Below are positions 38,845-48,952 of a DNA stretch of 64,000 bases, one piece after another. Positions within the stretch are counted from its first letter, which is position 1, and each line of letters opens with the position of its first letter. The stretch spans positions 1-64,000 of IMG/VR virus record IMGVR_UViG_3300008119_000039; one strand, given 5' to 3'. The stretch comes from a virus. A program made the translations under genes and the position numbers. The notes below the pieces were generated by a model. It was not told the origin of the DNA, made no database searches, and saw only the letters and a program-made list of their open reading frames with translations.

Positions 38845-39735
38845 ATGATTTTAGTTGACTATTCGCAAGTTGCTCTCAGCAACATTCTATCTTTCCAGCG
38901 TGAGTTGAAAGGAAGTGACTCTGAAGTAAAGAACTTGATTCGTCACGTTACCCTTTCTACTTTGAAATCATACAAGAAGAAGTATGGTAAAGAGTATGGC
39001 GAACTTGTTATTTGTTGCGATGGACGCAAGTACTGGCGTAGAGAAATCTTCCCACACTACAAAGCTGGTCGCAAGAAATCCCGTGAAGCCAGTGAACTAA
39101 ACTGGACATTGATCTTTGATACACTATCAGAAATGCGTGAAGATATTGCAAAGCATTTTCCATATAAAGTTATTCATATCGATCGTGCTGAAGCTGATGA
39201 TATTATTGCAGTTCTTGCTAAGTGGACTCAGACCAATGACCTAGTTCAACAAGGATTGGTTGAAGACCCACAAAAGGTTTTAATTCTTTCTTCTGATGGT
39301 GACTTTATCCAACTGCAAAAGTTTGATAACGTGACACAATGGTCACCGATGCAAAAGAAACAGATCAAAGCCAATGCTCGTGAACTACACGAAAAGAAAA
39401 TCACCCACATCGTTAAAGCTGGTGATGATGGCATTCCAAATATCTTTAGTAAAGATGATGTGTTTGTTATTGGTGAACGACAGAAAGTTTGCTCAGCAAA
39501 ACGTCTTGCTGAGTTTATTGAGAATGGGTATGATGCATGTAAGAATGATGATGAACGTCGCAACTGGCACCGTAACGTACAGTTGATTGACTTTGATTAC
39601 ATTCCAGAAGACGTTTCTACGCAGATCATAGATACATATACAAAGTACAAAACAACTGGCGACAAGATGTCAATTATGCAATATCTTATTGACAACAAGT
39701 GTCGTTTACTTTTAGACGAGCTGGAGGACTTTTAA
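38845..39735 (+). CDS. rnh: T4 RNase H (5'-3' exonuclease, FEN family)
   Basis: ILVD, YWRREIFPHYKAGR, EADDII, SSDGDFIQL, DGIPN. Confidence 0.92.
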   Translation: MILVDYSQVALSNILSFQRELKGSDSEVKNLIRHVTLSTLKSYKKKYGKEYGELVICCDGRKYWRREIFPHYKAGRKKSREASELNWTLIFDTLSEMREDIAKHFPYKVIHIDRAEADDIIAVLAKWTQTNDLVQQGLVEDPQKVLILSSDGDFIQLQKFDNVTQWSPMQKKQIKANARELHEKKITHIVKAGDDGIPNIFSKDDVFVIGERQKVCSAKRLAEFIENGYDACKNDDERRNWHRNVQLIDFDYIPEDVSTQIIDTYTKYKTTGDKMSIMQYLIDNKCRLLLDELEDF

Positions 39736-40202
39736 TGGCAACAAAATATATCACTGAAATCTTAGACGATATCAATTCTGATCCTACTAAGATTGTTAAT
39801 TACAAAGAAAATGGAGCATTGCGTTTGGTTCTAGAACACGCATTTGATCCAGCAAAGAAATTTATCTTGCCTGAGGGTAGTCCTCCATATAAAGAAGACA
39901 CAGCACCTCAAGGTATGAATCCTTCTAATCTTCATATGGAAGCCAAGAAGCTATATGTGTTCTGTCGTGCAGATCTAAATCCTGTTCGCAGAGAAAGTCT
40001 TTTTATTCAATTGCTTGAGAACAGTCACCCAAGTGAAGCCAAGCTATTGCTTGCAGTCAAAGATCAAAAGCTAACTAAGATGTATCCTAAAATTACACAT
40101 AAGTTAGTCAGTAATACTTGGTCTGTTATTCCTGCTCCAGTTGCAAAGGAGAAAAAGGTAACAAAAAAAGAACAGGCTCCAGAGAATGGAGCAAGTGCCT
40201 AA
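39735..40202 (+). CDS. Conserved T4-like hypothetical protein
   Basis: LPEG.PPY...RESLFIQLLE..HP.EA; conserved position after rnh. Confidence 0.75.
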   Translation: MATKYITEILDDINSDPTKIVNYKENGALRLVLEHAFDPAKKFILPEGSPPYKEDTAPQGMNPSNLHMEAKKLYVFCRADLNPVRRESLFIQLLENSHPSEAKLLLAVKDQKLTKMYPKITHKLVSNTWSVIPAPVAKEKKVTKKEQAPENGASA

Positions 40203-40226
40203 CTGCAAGATATCAAGAATCTTTAC

Positions 40227-40255
40227 TTGACAAAATAAAGAAATTGCTGTATAAT
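40227..40255 (+). promoter_or_regulatory. Consensus sigma70 promoter
   Basis: TTGACA-17 bp-TATAAT. Confidence 0.85.
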
Positions 40256-40284
40256 TATATTATGAAGCGTGTGAAAGGTTAATA

Positions 40285-40608
40285 ATGAAATCATTAATTA
40301 TGTTATCCTGTGTTGTTGCAACGAATGCCATGGCACTGGACTTTGATACAGAGTGGGCTAGGTATGCCAGTGATTTTGAAAGACTAAAACAAAAAACTGT
40401 TGTGGCTACAAAATCTACTGGTATTGAAGTTACAGATAAGTCTACTAAATTGCCTGAGAAAACTACTCAGATGAATGTATTACAGCAAGTTGACCCTAAG
40501 TCTCCTGAGAGATTGGGGTATAATTTGTCAGATCCAATTATGCGGGATCGTGTAATAGACGCATATAACAAACCCAATGCAGTAGTTTATTCTGTAACCT
40601 TGAATTGA
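40285..40608 (+). CDS. Secreted hypothetical protein
   Basis: Signal peptide ending AMA. Confidence 0.6.
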   Translation: MKSLIMLSCVVATNAMALDFDTEWARYASDFERLKQKTVVATKSTGIEVTDKSTKLPEKTTQMNVLQQVDPKSPERLGYNLSDPIMRDRVIDAYNKPNAVVYSVTLN

Positions 40609-40619
40609 AAGTATATATT

Positions 40620-41159
40620 ATGAAAAAAGTAATCCTAGCAGTTGCGGTTCTCGCACTATCAGCATGCAGTTCAACAAAACTAACTGATGCTGGTCAATCC
40701 TCAGATGCAGTTAAGTATACACAAGACTTTGGTAAAGTTGAAGTTACATTCAACGACAAGGGTGAGTGGGAATCTCTTAAGTCATCTGCAACATCTTCAG
40801 TGCCAATTTCTGTTGATGCTGGTCTTGAACAAGGTATGAATGTAGCACTTATGCGTGCTAAACGTAATATCGTTGAGTTTATTAATCAGGATCTAAAATC
40901 AAAAACAACCACAGATACAATTACCAAAGCACTTGAGAAAAACATATCGGATGACGATGCTAAATCTAAACAAAAAGCTGCAGATATTGCCAGTGAGATC
41001 ACTGAAAAGATTGCAGTTGAATCGAATGGTATCTTAAAGGGTATTTACATTGTTGAGCGTAAAATATCCCAAGATTCTAAAACTGTTGTTGTTACAGTGC
41101 AAGTTGACAAACGATCTATGAATGCAGCAAGTCAACTACGTGTAGCTATGGGGAACTAA
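40620..41159 (+). CDS. Lipoprotein (LPP20-like)
   Basis: Lipobox LSAC; A.MRAKRNIVEFI. Confidence 0.65.
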   Translation: MKKVILAVAVLALSACSSTKLTDAGQSSDAVKYTQDFGKVEVTFNDKGEWESLKSSATSSVPISVDAGLEQGMNVALMRAKRNIVEFINQDLKSKTTTDTITKALEKNISDDDAKSKQKAADIASEITEKIAVESNGILKGIYIVERKISQDSKTVVVTVQVDKRSMNAASQLRVAMGN

Positions 41160-41160
41160 T

Positions 41161-41289
41161 ATGAAATCATTTATTCTAGGAACGATCTTTGGTTTAGTTT
41201 TGGCAACTGTTGGCTTCAGTGGAATTGCTAAAATTTTAGATCGAGGTATAGATACAGTTAAAACCCATTCAGAACAACTGGCAAAGTAA
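41161..41289 (+). CDS. Small membrane protein (42 aa, not in ORF track)
   Basis: MKSFILGTIFGLVLATVGFSGIAKILD; fills the gap between two genes. Confidence 0.6.
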   Translation: MKSFILGTIFGLVLATVGFSGIAKILDRGIDTVKTHSEQLAK

Positions 41290-42290
41290 TGAAATATACA
41301 TTGCTGGCACTTTCTTTAGTTGCGAGTTTATGTAGTGCAGAAGAAGTTGTTACCACAGGATACGGTAATACGTTTGAATCTGCACTACGTAATGCAAAAA
41401 TCTCAGCAATAGCAAAGGTTACTGGAACGTGGATATCAAGTGAGCATTTTGTCAAGAATGGTGCACTAACTGAGGAAATTGTTCAGTACAATGGTGGTGT
41501 CATTAAGAAGTATGAGGTTCTTTCGTATCACAATAATGAAGTTAAGATCAAAGCTGATGTTGATGTTGTAAAAGATAATAGAGTTGGAACTAAGTCTAAA
41601 GATATTCCAACTGAAATGCGCAATACTTTACTTGAGCAACAACAAAATCGTGATAAGATTCAAAAAGCTGTAAAGTTTCTTGATAGTAAATCCAAGGCAA
41701 TGAACCTGATGACACGAGATGTGTCTTACAATAATAAAGGTTCTATTACTGAGGTGACTATTAAAGGAACTATATCGTGGACACCTAAGTGGATTTCTGA
41801 TACAACTACGCTTGGTAAAACCATAGATGTATATGGCAGAGTTAATCGTGATACACATGAAAGAGTTTCTGGAAGTATTATCAATGCTGCATACAATACA
41901 CCAGTAATGTTACCTGCGTTATTTTTATATGGATTGACTAAACCTGAATCCTTGGAATTATCAGATCAAAATCAATTATGTTTCGTGAATGATTCATGTT
42001 ACGTAACAGGTGTTCCTTTCACAATGTTTGATAGTGATATACGTGTGATAGTTGAGGGTTCCAGAGATAAAGAAAAGATTTACAATACTGTAATTAAATT
42101 TAGAGATACTAATCTGTATGAAATAATTGCAGCAGGTGACGAGAAGCGAAGTTGGTTTGGAACTCGTATAACATACAATAACCCAACAGTGCAGATTAAT
42201 ACTAACACGCAGATGAATGTAACATTCTCTTTTGTGTTAGATACAAAGAAGTTGTCGGAAATTGATAAGTTTGACTTTGTTATTAACTAG
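41289..42290 (+). CDS. Secreted/periplasmic protein (LPP20/FlgT-N-like N-terminus)
   Basis: Signal peptide; VVTTGYG..ESALRNA..AI. Confidence 0.6.
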   Translation: MKYTLLALSLVASLCSAEEVVTTGYGNTFESALRNAKISAIAKVTGTWISSEHFVKNGALTEEIVQYNGGVIKKYEVLSYHNNEVKIKADVDVVKDNRVGTKSKDIPTEMRNTLLEQQQNRDKIQKAVKFLDSKSKAMNLMTRDVSYNNKGSITEVTIKGTISWTPKWISDTTTLGKTIDVYGRVNRDTHERVSGSIINAAYNTPVMLPALFLYGLTKPESLELSDQNQLCFVNDSCYVTGVPFTMFDSDIRVIVEGSRDKEKIYNTVIKFRDTNLYEIIAAGDEKRSWFGTRITYNNPTVQINTNTQMNVTFSFVLDTKKLSEIDKFDFVIN

Positions 42291-42299
42291 GAGATAATT

Positions 42300-42800
42300 A
42301 TGCCAAATTGGTGTGATAATATAGTGACTTTGCGTCATTCAGATAAAAGTAAAATTGATGCTCTAGAGCAAGAATTGTTGAAAGAAGATCCTTCAGTATT
42401 TAACTTGCTACAACCAAGACCAGCTGATCAAGAAGAAAATTGGTATGACTGGAATGTAAGTAATTGGGGAACTAAGTGGGATGCTAGTGTTCATGATTGG
42501 GGTCGTGATGATGATAATGAAATTTGGATTTCATTTGATTCCGCATGGTCACCACCAACAACATTATATGAATTCTTACTAGAATCTGGTTGGGATGTCA
42601 GTGCATATTACCATGAGGGTGGTGTGGGATATTGTGGTAAATTCACAACAGAAGATGGTGATGAATGCTACGAGTATGATATGAGTGATAGATCTAGTAT
42701 TGAAGAACTCCCTGAAGACATTGAAAATTACGCTGGTCTTTTAGACTACCACGATGAATGTGTAGCCAATGGAGACTTTGATGAAGCAAAAGTGGGTTGA
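42300..42800 (+). CDS. YubB/Api92-like ferredoxin-fold protein
   Basis: MPNWC, WYDWNVSNWGTKWD, FDSAWSPP. Confidence 0.75.
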   Translation: MPNWCDNIVTLRHSDKSKIDALEQELLKEDPSVFNLLQPRPADQEENWYDWNVSNWGTKWDASVHDWGRDDDNEIWISFDSAWSPPTTLYEFLLESGWDVSAYYHEGGVGYCGKFTTEDGDECYEYDMSDRSSIEELPEDIENYAGLLDYHDECVANGDFDEAKVG

Positions 42801-43230
42801 TGCATTTATGGATACAGCTGAGAGATTTGCTCAGCTATCCAGTGCGAAACGATTGAAGGTAGGTTCGGTAGTTGTAAAAGACAATCGTATCATCTCAATC
42901 GGATACAATGGTATGCCTGCTGGGTGGGACAACTCATGCGAAGAAGTCATTGAGGTTCATGAAGATGGTGGAGTTGTAACTAAGACAAAAGATGAGGTAA
43001 TTCATGCTGAAGCAAATGCTATTCTCAAGTTGGCACGTGATGGTGAATCAGGCAATGGTTCCATTTTATTCTGTACTCATGCTCCTTGCGTACAATGTGC
43101 TAAATTAATCCACGGAGCAGGCATAAGTAAGATGTATTACCGAGATTCATACCGTGACGAACTTGGTATAGATTTTTTAAAGAAGTGTAATATTGAAGTT
43201 ATTAAGATAAAGGAAATAGAAAATGAGTAA
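42781..43230 (+). CDS. cd: dCMP deaminase
   Basis: GYNG, HAEANA, PCVQC zinc motifs. Confidence 0.9.
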   Translation: MKQKWVDAFMDTAERFAQLSSAKRLKVGSVVVKDNRIISIGYNGMPAGWDNSCEEVIEVHEDGGVVTKTKDEVIHAEANAILKLARDGESGNGSILFCTHAPCVQCAKLIHGAGISKMYYRDSYRDELGIDFLKKCNIEVIKIKEIENE

Positions 43231-43663
43231 AAATTTAAAAGGTACAATTACCGAGCAATCTTTAAAAGATGCATTCGCTGGTGAATCAAAAGCTAATCGT
43301 CGCTATTTGTATTTTGCAAACATGGCTGATATTGCTGGTGCACAAGATGTTGCATCAGTATTCCGTCACACAGCTGAAGGTGAAACTGGTCATGCCCATG
43401 GTCACATGGAGTATTTGATCGCTGGTGGTAGTGGAGATCCAGAAACAGGTTTACCTGCAGGTGATGTGGTTCAAGCATTGGAAAGTGCCATTGCTGGTGA
43501 GACACACGAGTATACAGATATGTATCCAGGTATGGCTAAAGCTGCACGTGATGAAGGTTTTGACGAGATCGCCGATTGGTTCGAGACTTTAGCTAAGGCA
43601 GAACGTAGTCACGCTAACAAGTTTACCAAAACATTGGCAGCGTACAAAGCAGAACAAGCCTAA
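43223..43663 (+). CDS. rbr: Rubrerythrin/erythrin (no rubredoxin domain)
   Basis: AFAGES.ANRRY, ETGHA, GETHEY..MYP, AERSHA. Confidence 0.9.
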   Translation: MSKNLKGTITEQSLKDAFAGESKANRRYLYFANMADIAGAQDVASVFRHTAEGETGHAHGHMEYLIAGGSGDPETGLPAGDVVQALESAIAGETHEYTDMYPGMAKAARDEGFDEIADWFETLAKAERSHANKFTKTLAAYKAEQA

Positions 43664-43671
43664 AATAGTTA

Positions 43672-44235
43672 ATGACAACTACTAAACACGAGTGGTGGGC
43701 AACCCCAGTTTGGGAAATTGAAACTGGGTTTGACTCAACCTTTAATAATGAGTTATTGGTAGAAATTGAAAAGTGTAAACCACCAACAAATCCTTATATG
43801 TTTAACATATGGGATTATAATACACCAAATATAACTACACTAAAACAAAAGATACTTTCTGCTGCAAAAGAAAATGCATCACCTTATTTGGGACAGGCTT
43901 ATACATTTAATCCAATAATGTCACGTGGTTGGGTTAATCGTCAGCATCCTGGAAATTCTCTTGCACTACATAATCATGGCGATGCGATGTTGGCTTGCAC
44001 ATATTACATAAAAACTCCAAATAATAGCGGAGACCTTCAGCTAGTAGATCCACGTGGTGGCGTTAATTGGGATTTAATTAGAGAAGGTAATGTTATGGGC
44101 ATTAAATATAAACGCATAAAACCAACTGAAGGTAAGCTGGTTATGTTTCCTGCATTTTTAGTGCACATGGTAGAGCTAAATAAAAGTCAAACTACTAGGA
44201 TTAGTTTGGCTACTAACATTTATACAGGGAATTAA
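43672..44235 (+). CDS. 2OG-Fe(II) oxygenase (phage HxH-type)
   Basis: HNH..YY..DPRGG..FPAFLVH..RISLA. Confidence 0.8.
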   Translation: MTTTKHEWWATPVWEIETGFDSTFNNELLVEIEKCKPPTNPYMFNIWDYNTPNITTLKQKILSAAKENASPYLGQAYTFNPIMSRGWVNRQHPGNSLALHNHGDAMLACTYYIKTPNNSGDLQLVDPRGGVNWDLIREGNVMGIKYKRIKPTEGKLVMFPAFLVHMVELNKSQTTRISLATNIYTGN

Positions 44236-44236
44236 A

Positions 44237-44911
44237 ATGAAACAATGGGTTGATTATCAATTAAAAAATCAAGTGCGTAACTGGGACTGGGAAAAGCGAG
44301 TTTACAAAATAGAAAATGTATCTCCAGTTCTTGGCGAACACTTCGATCAAATCGTGAATGGTATTGAAGATGGTTCAATTCCAACCAAATTTGAAAACGT
44401 ATTCTTTAATAAAGATTACATCGCAAGAACTGCAGCAAGCACCAATGGTGATGTCAGTGAAAACGATTTTAGAACTTGGTTGCTTGAGTACGCAGATTTA
44501 ATGTCTGGTCATGGTCACAATTATACTACCAACTTTGGTCCACACACCGAAGAAATTAATAAGAAATTTGCTGAGTTTTATAAACTAAAACTAGAAACAG
44601 TTTCTGCTAGAATTCAAATTGAAAAACCTGGACAATACTTTGTCGTTCATATGGATCGCCAGCGTTATAAAAAATGGACTTTAGATGAAGAAGTTGTTTA
44701 CGATAAAGTTCGTGATCAACATGCGCACGATATCTTTATTACATTCTTAACTGATCAACAGCTTGGTCAGAATTTTACTTTTGGATTGAATGCTATTAAT
44801 TGGAAGAAGGGTGACACCTTTACTTTTGAACATCAAAGTATCCCACACTACACTTCCAATGTTGGATATCATCCAAACTATATACTTGTTGTAACTGGCG
44901 AAAAGATTTAA
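44237..44911 (+). CDS. Putative 2OG-Fe(II) oxygenase-fold protein
   Basis: PGQYFVVHMD...WKKGD...PHYTSN. Confidence 0.6.
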   Translation: MKQWVDYQLKNQVRNWDWEKRVYKIENVSPVLGEHFDQIVNGIEDGSIPTKFENVFFNKDYIARTAASTNGDVSENDFRTWLLEYADLMSGHGHNYTTNFGPHTEEINKKFAEFYKLKLETVSARIQIEKPGQYFVVHMDRQRYKKWTLDEEVVYDKVRDQHAHDIFITFLTDQQLGQNFTFGLNAINWKKGDTFTFEHQSIPHYTSNVGYHPNYILVVTGEKI

Positions 44912-44920
44912 GGAAAAAAA

Positions 44921-45814
44921 ATGAAAAAGTTTTTATTTATTGTATTGATGGGCATTTCTAGTATTGCATCTGCAACCCAGCAAGTTCCAAGTCTATGGGC
45001 ATTTAACATTGCCAACACTCAAGGCACTTACTATCGTGCATTGCTTGAACAAGCAAATCAGAATCAAACAAAGTATCAATTCATCCCTGAGCATAAGCCA
45101 GGAGCAGGTGGTTCTATTGCTGCTGGGTATGTAAACAACAGCGATCGACTTACACTACTTGGTACTGCTGCAGCATTTTTTGTTCGCCCACATTTATACG
45201 ATAATGCTGGTTATACCTTTGATCAATTCAAACCTGTATATCTTATTGCAAATAGTCCTGTGGCGTTGACATCAAAGAGTAAAGATTTAAAAACAATTTT
45301 AGCTCAAAAGAAAATTTCAATTGGCACTGCTGGTCCTGGATCTGGAACTCACCTTTATGCATTAAAGTTTAAGGCTCGCCACCCAAACAAAGACATATTA
45401 GTAGTTCCATACAAAAGCAGCACAGAAGCAATTCAAGATGTTCTTGGTGGTCACATTGACTTAGCGTATGAATTTCTTGGTGATGCTGAAGCCAAGGGTG
45501 TTAAAGTCTTGGGTACTACTGGCACAAAAAAGATTAAGAACTATCCATTGTTAAAAGATATGGGATATCCAGATAATGCACAACTTATTGGAATCTATCA
45601 CATCTTAGTTAAGAAAGACGTTTCTGATGAAGTCGTTAGAGAACTACGAGAAATTTTCAATGAAGCAGAAAAGTCAGTAAGATTTCAAGAGTTGTATAAA
45701 TCTGACTCGTCATTTAAACCTGTATTAAAAACTGATAAAGATTACACTGATTGGTACAATAATACTATCAAAACAAATAGATCTCTTATTACACCAGATA
45801 TGAAACTAGACTAA
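44921..45814 (+). CDS. Bug/TctC-family periplasmic binding protein
   Basis: Signal peptide; KPGAGGSIA, GPGSGTHL, VPYK, DVLGGHID. Confidence 0.85.
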   Translation: MKKFLFIVLMGISSIASATQQVPSLWAFNIANTQGTYYRALLEQANQNQTKYQFIPEHKPGAGGSIAAGYVNNSDRLTLLGTAAAFFVRPHLYDNAGYTFDQFKPVYLIANSPVALTSKSKDLKTILAQKKISIGTAGPGSGTHLYALKFKARHPNKDILVVPYKSSTEAIQDVLGGHIDLAYEFLGDAEAKGVKVLGTTGTKKIKNYPLLKDMGYPDNAQLIGIYHILVKKDVSDEVVRELREIFNEAEKSVRFQELYKSDSSFKPVLKTDKDYTDWYNNTIKTNRSLITPDMKLD

Positions 45815-45820
45815 GAACAC

Positions 45821-46630
45821 ATGAACGATTCTGATAAGATAAAAAACTGGATCAGAAGTAAAGATCCAGTTTTACAAATTACCCAATGTAAAGATATATT
45901 GGGTAAGATTTTTAATCCTCAATATAGATCAAACAATCCCGTGCACGCCACGGATATGTCAAAACCATTTCATTTTTTAATTGATATAAAAACCAATAGG
46001 ATTATGCTGGCTACGCATAATTCCGAATTGATTAGAATACTATCAAGAATACCAAATACATTTCAAGTTTATAATATTACTGTTAGCCAAATACCTGGAT
46101 GTAAAGACTGGAAGCTAAATGAACATTTTGATTTTGAGTATCCTTGGAATTCAAAATCACTAGACGTTCAATTCTTTATCAATGCTAGCGAACTTGCTGT
46201 AGAACCACTAACTTCTGATCAGATCTATTATTATTTTCTAATTCAACAAAAAGCTGTTTTGATAAGTGTAATATTAGCCATTCTTGAATCTATGAGATTG
46301 GATTGCAATGTTAGCGACAATACATATCAAGAATCAATATACCGAGAGAAGTATGAGCAAGCATTAAAAGTTATTGAGAATAATATTTTTCACGATTATG
46401 AAAATGAATATTATTATGTTACTGACTGGGCTTCTATTAAAGAATTAGATTTGGTTTCTGCAGCAAGAGATATTAAACTCAATCACGATTTACTACACCA
46501 TAGACTGTCTAAGATAGAATATGCTAGACTTATGTTTATTGACAAGATACGTAAAGAAGAAACTCTAAGCAATTTACCTGTAATTCTAAAAGAGTTTAGA
46601 ATGTTTAACTTTGGATATTTAAAATTATGA
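45821..46630 (+). CDS. Hypothetical protein
   Basis: 269-aa AT-rich ORF coupled to the next gene. Confidence 0.65.
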   Translation: MNDSDKIKNWIRSKDPVLQITQCKDILGKIFNPQYRSNNPVHATDMSKPFHFLIDIKTNRIMLATHNSELIRILSRIPNTFQVYNITVSQIPGCKDWKLNEHFDFEYPWNSKSLDVQFFINASELAVEPLTSDQIYYYFLIQQKAVLISVILAILESMRLDCNVSDNTYQESIYREKYEQALKVIENNIFHDYENEYYYVTDWASIKELDLVSAARDIKLNHDLLHHRLSKIEYARLMFIDKIRKEETLSNLPVILKEFRMFNFGYLKL

Positions 46631-47766
46631 ACAACATTATCGCATATAATAGTGTTTATTATTTTGATAGAGAGTTTAGTGAAATATACCCTCAGCTATC
46701 ACATATGAACGATGTTAGATTGTTTGGTGGATTATTTTATCTTTATGCTAGAAATATGTCTATCAATGATAGAACAGAAACTATCCAGATACCATTGAAA
46801 ACAACAGTGCTTGATTACTGTAGGTTGCCAAAATTTGAAGTTAAAGATATTGACTTCGAACTTATTTGTAATAATAGAGCAAGATTGTTAATGGATCAAG
46901 CTAAACAAGGCAACCGTAAAATAGCAATTATGTGGAGTGGTGGCGTAGACAGTACACTAATTGCTACATCATTATTGAAAACTTGTACTAAAGATGAGCT
47001 AAAAGAAAACTGCGTAGTATTACTTTCTCAAGATTCTATTATTGAGAATCCAGCTTTTTATGATAAGCATATACTACCAAACTTTGAACTGATGGCAGCA
47101 AATAACTTTGCTCACATAATGGGCAACGACAAATACTTATATGTAACAGGCGAAGGTAATGACCAATTATTTGCCAGCTTGTTTGTAATTGAAGCATTTA
47201 AGGTTTTTCATAAAGATCCTGAAAGTCCATATAAAGAAATTTCAGATAGTCTTATGATTCCATTCATACAACATAGAACTTCTTTTAATGAAAAAGATTC
47301 TACAAAGTTGTATAGAATCTTAGAGAAACTTTGTGTAGCATCCCCAGTTAAAATTCAAACTCCGTATCAATTTTTCTGGTGGTGTAATTTTGCATTGAAG
47401 TGGCAAAATGTATATGTTCGTTCTATGTTGTTTAGTCATCCAATAAATCGAAACAATATTAAACCTGAGATTAACTATACTACGTTTTTCCACAATGATG
47501 AGTTCCAGCAATGGACTATGAATACTGTAAACAAGCATGGTAGAATAGGTAAAGATGATACCAACCATTCTTATAAAGAAGTGTGTAAAGAGATCATATA
47601 TGAATATGATGGTAACTTAGATTACAGAAAGAATAAAAATAAGTATGGTAGTTTCGGTAAAGTTATTATGAGTAAACACGCATCTAACTTTGTATTGGAA
47701 GATATATCGTTTTACAAGGATATTGATTTTATGGAAATGTATAACCCCATAAACGATTTCGTATAA
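46627..47766 (+). CDS. PP-loop adenylating enzyme (asparagine synthase-like ATP pyrophosphatase)
   Basis: MWSGGVDST, TGEGNDQLF. Confidence 0.7.
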   Translation: MNNIIAYNSVYYFDREFSEIYPQLSHMNDVRLFGGLFYLYARNMSINDRTETIQIPLKTTVLDYCRLPKFEVKDIDFELICNNRARLLMDQAKQGNRKIAIMWSGGVDSTLIATSLLKTCTKDELKENCVVLLSQDSIIENPAFYDKHILPNFELMAANNFAHIMGNDKYLYVTGEGNDQLFASLFVIEAFKVFHKDPESPYKEISDSLMIPFIQHRTSFNEKDSTKLYRILEKLCVASPVKIQTPYQFFWWCNFALKWQNVYVRSMLFSHPINRNNIKPEINYTTFFHNDEFQQWTMNTVNKHGRIGKDDTNHSYKEVCKEIIYEYDGNLDYRKNKNKYGSFGKVIMSKHASNFVLEDISFYKDIDFMEMYNPINDFV

Positions 47767-47769
47767 ATA
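47762..47769 (+). promoter_or_regulatory. T4 late promoter consensus
   Basis: TATAAATA ending 5 nt before the iscU ATG. Confidence 0.65.
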
Positions 47770-47774
47770 GAGTT

Positions 47775-48164
47775 ATGGCATACTCAGATAAAGTAATAGA
47801 TCACTACGAAAACCCACGAAATGTGGGTTCTTTCTCCAAAGAAGAGGAAGGTGTAGGAACAGGCATGGTTGGCGCACCAGCGTGTGGCGACGTGATGAAA
47901 CTTCAAATTAAGGTGGATGCAGATGGCATTATTAGAGATGCTCGTTTCAAGACATATGGCTGCGGTTCAGCAATCGCCAGTTCGTCGCTGGTTACAGAGT
48001 TGGTTAAGGGTATGCACATTGATGCTGCTAGTAGCATATCTAACTCTGAAATCGCACAAGAACTAGCCTTACCTCCAGTAAAGATTCACTGCTCAATCCT
48101 AGCAGAAGATGCCATCAAAGCAGCAGTTGCAGATTATAAAGCAAAGAATGATAACACTAACTGA
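47775..48164 (+). CDS. iscU: Fe-S cluster scaffold IscU
   Basis: MAYSDKVIDHYENPRNVG, APACGD, GCGSA, LPPVKIHC. Confidence 0.97.
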   Translation: MAYSDKVIDHYENPRNVGSFSKEEEGVGTGMVGAPACGDVMKLQIKVDADGIIRDARFKTYGCGSAIASSSLVTELVKGMHIDAASSISNSEIAQELALPPVKIHCSILAEDAIKAAVADYKAKNDNTN

Positions 48165-48468
48165 GATTGCAGCAGCAAAGATTACATCTCATCTATCTAA
48201 AAGAAAAACTGGAATTGGAATTAGGTTAGGTGTTAGAACAACAGGGTGTTCTGGCTTGGCTTACATTTTAGAATACGCTGACAAGTTGGAAGATACAGAT
48301 GTTGTTTATGAAGATCGTGGCATAAAATTGATTGTCGATCCAAAAAGTTTAGTATACCTAAGTGGAATGATAGTTGATTATGTACGAAATGGTCTGAACG
48401 AAGGATTTGAATTCAGTAACCCAAATGAACGTGACCGATGTGGTTGCGGAGAAAGTTTCAGGATATGA
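48148..48468 (+). CDS. iscA: A-type Fe-S carrier IscA
   Basis: TTGCSGLAY, GLNEGF, CGCGESF. Confidence 0.92.
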   Translation: MITLTEIAAAKITSHLSKRKTGIGIRLGVRTTGCSGLAYILEYADKLEDTDVVYEDRGIKLIVDPKSLVYLSGMIVDYVRNGLNEGFEFSNPNERDRCGCGESFRI

Positions 48469-48770
48469 TAACAATCACAGAAAACGCTACTGCTAAAATT
48501 ACAGACTTGCTGGCTGAACACCAAGAACCATACATGCGCATTTCAGTTAAGGGTGGTGGATGTTCAGGTTTCTCATACGCATTTGGTTTTGAGTCACTTA
48601 AAGATGAAAGTGACTTTGAACTCGGTACAGTTCTTGTAGATTCTATGAGCATGCAATACTTGCAGGGTGGTACTGTTGACTATACTGAGGACTTGATGGG
48701 TGCTGCATTTAAAGTGTCTAATCCAAACGCAACTTCTACTTGTGGTTGTGGCTCCAGCTTTGCAGCATAA
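48465..48770 (+). CDS. erpA: A-type Fe-S carrier ErpA-like
   Basis: GGGCSGFSY, VDSMSMQYL, NPNATSTCGCGSSF. Confidence 0.85.
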   Translation: MITITENATAKITDLLAEHQEPYMRISVKGGGCSGFSYAFGFESLKDESDFELGTVLVDSMSMQYLQGGTVDYTEDLMGAAFKVSNPNATSTCGCGSSFAA

Positions 48771-48775
48771 AATAC

Positions 48776-48804
48776 TTTACTTTAATTCAATAAAGGTGTA
48801 TAAT
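48776..48804 (+). promoter_or_regulatory. sigma70-type promoter of the tRNA cluster
   Basis: TTTACT-TTAATTC..-TATAAT. Confidence 0.75.
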
Positions 48805-48952
48805 TCTTACGTGAACTCGAAAATGATATCCTTAGGTAATAAGCATCTACCACTACTAAGTGGTTGGGGATGTCCACACCCACAGTATACATTTGCGATT
48901 GAGTTAGATAGTGGGGTTCTGTAAATGTCTCAATATAACTAAGGAGAAACAT

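Noticed and set aside
43223-48770. Host chromosomal contamination or prophage boundary suggested by cellular-type genes
   Set aside because: The genes share strand, low GC, tight packing and phage promoter motifs with flanking T4-like genes; no integrase or att site seen
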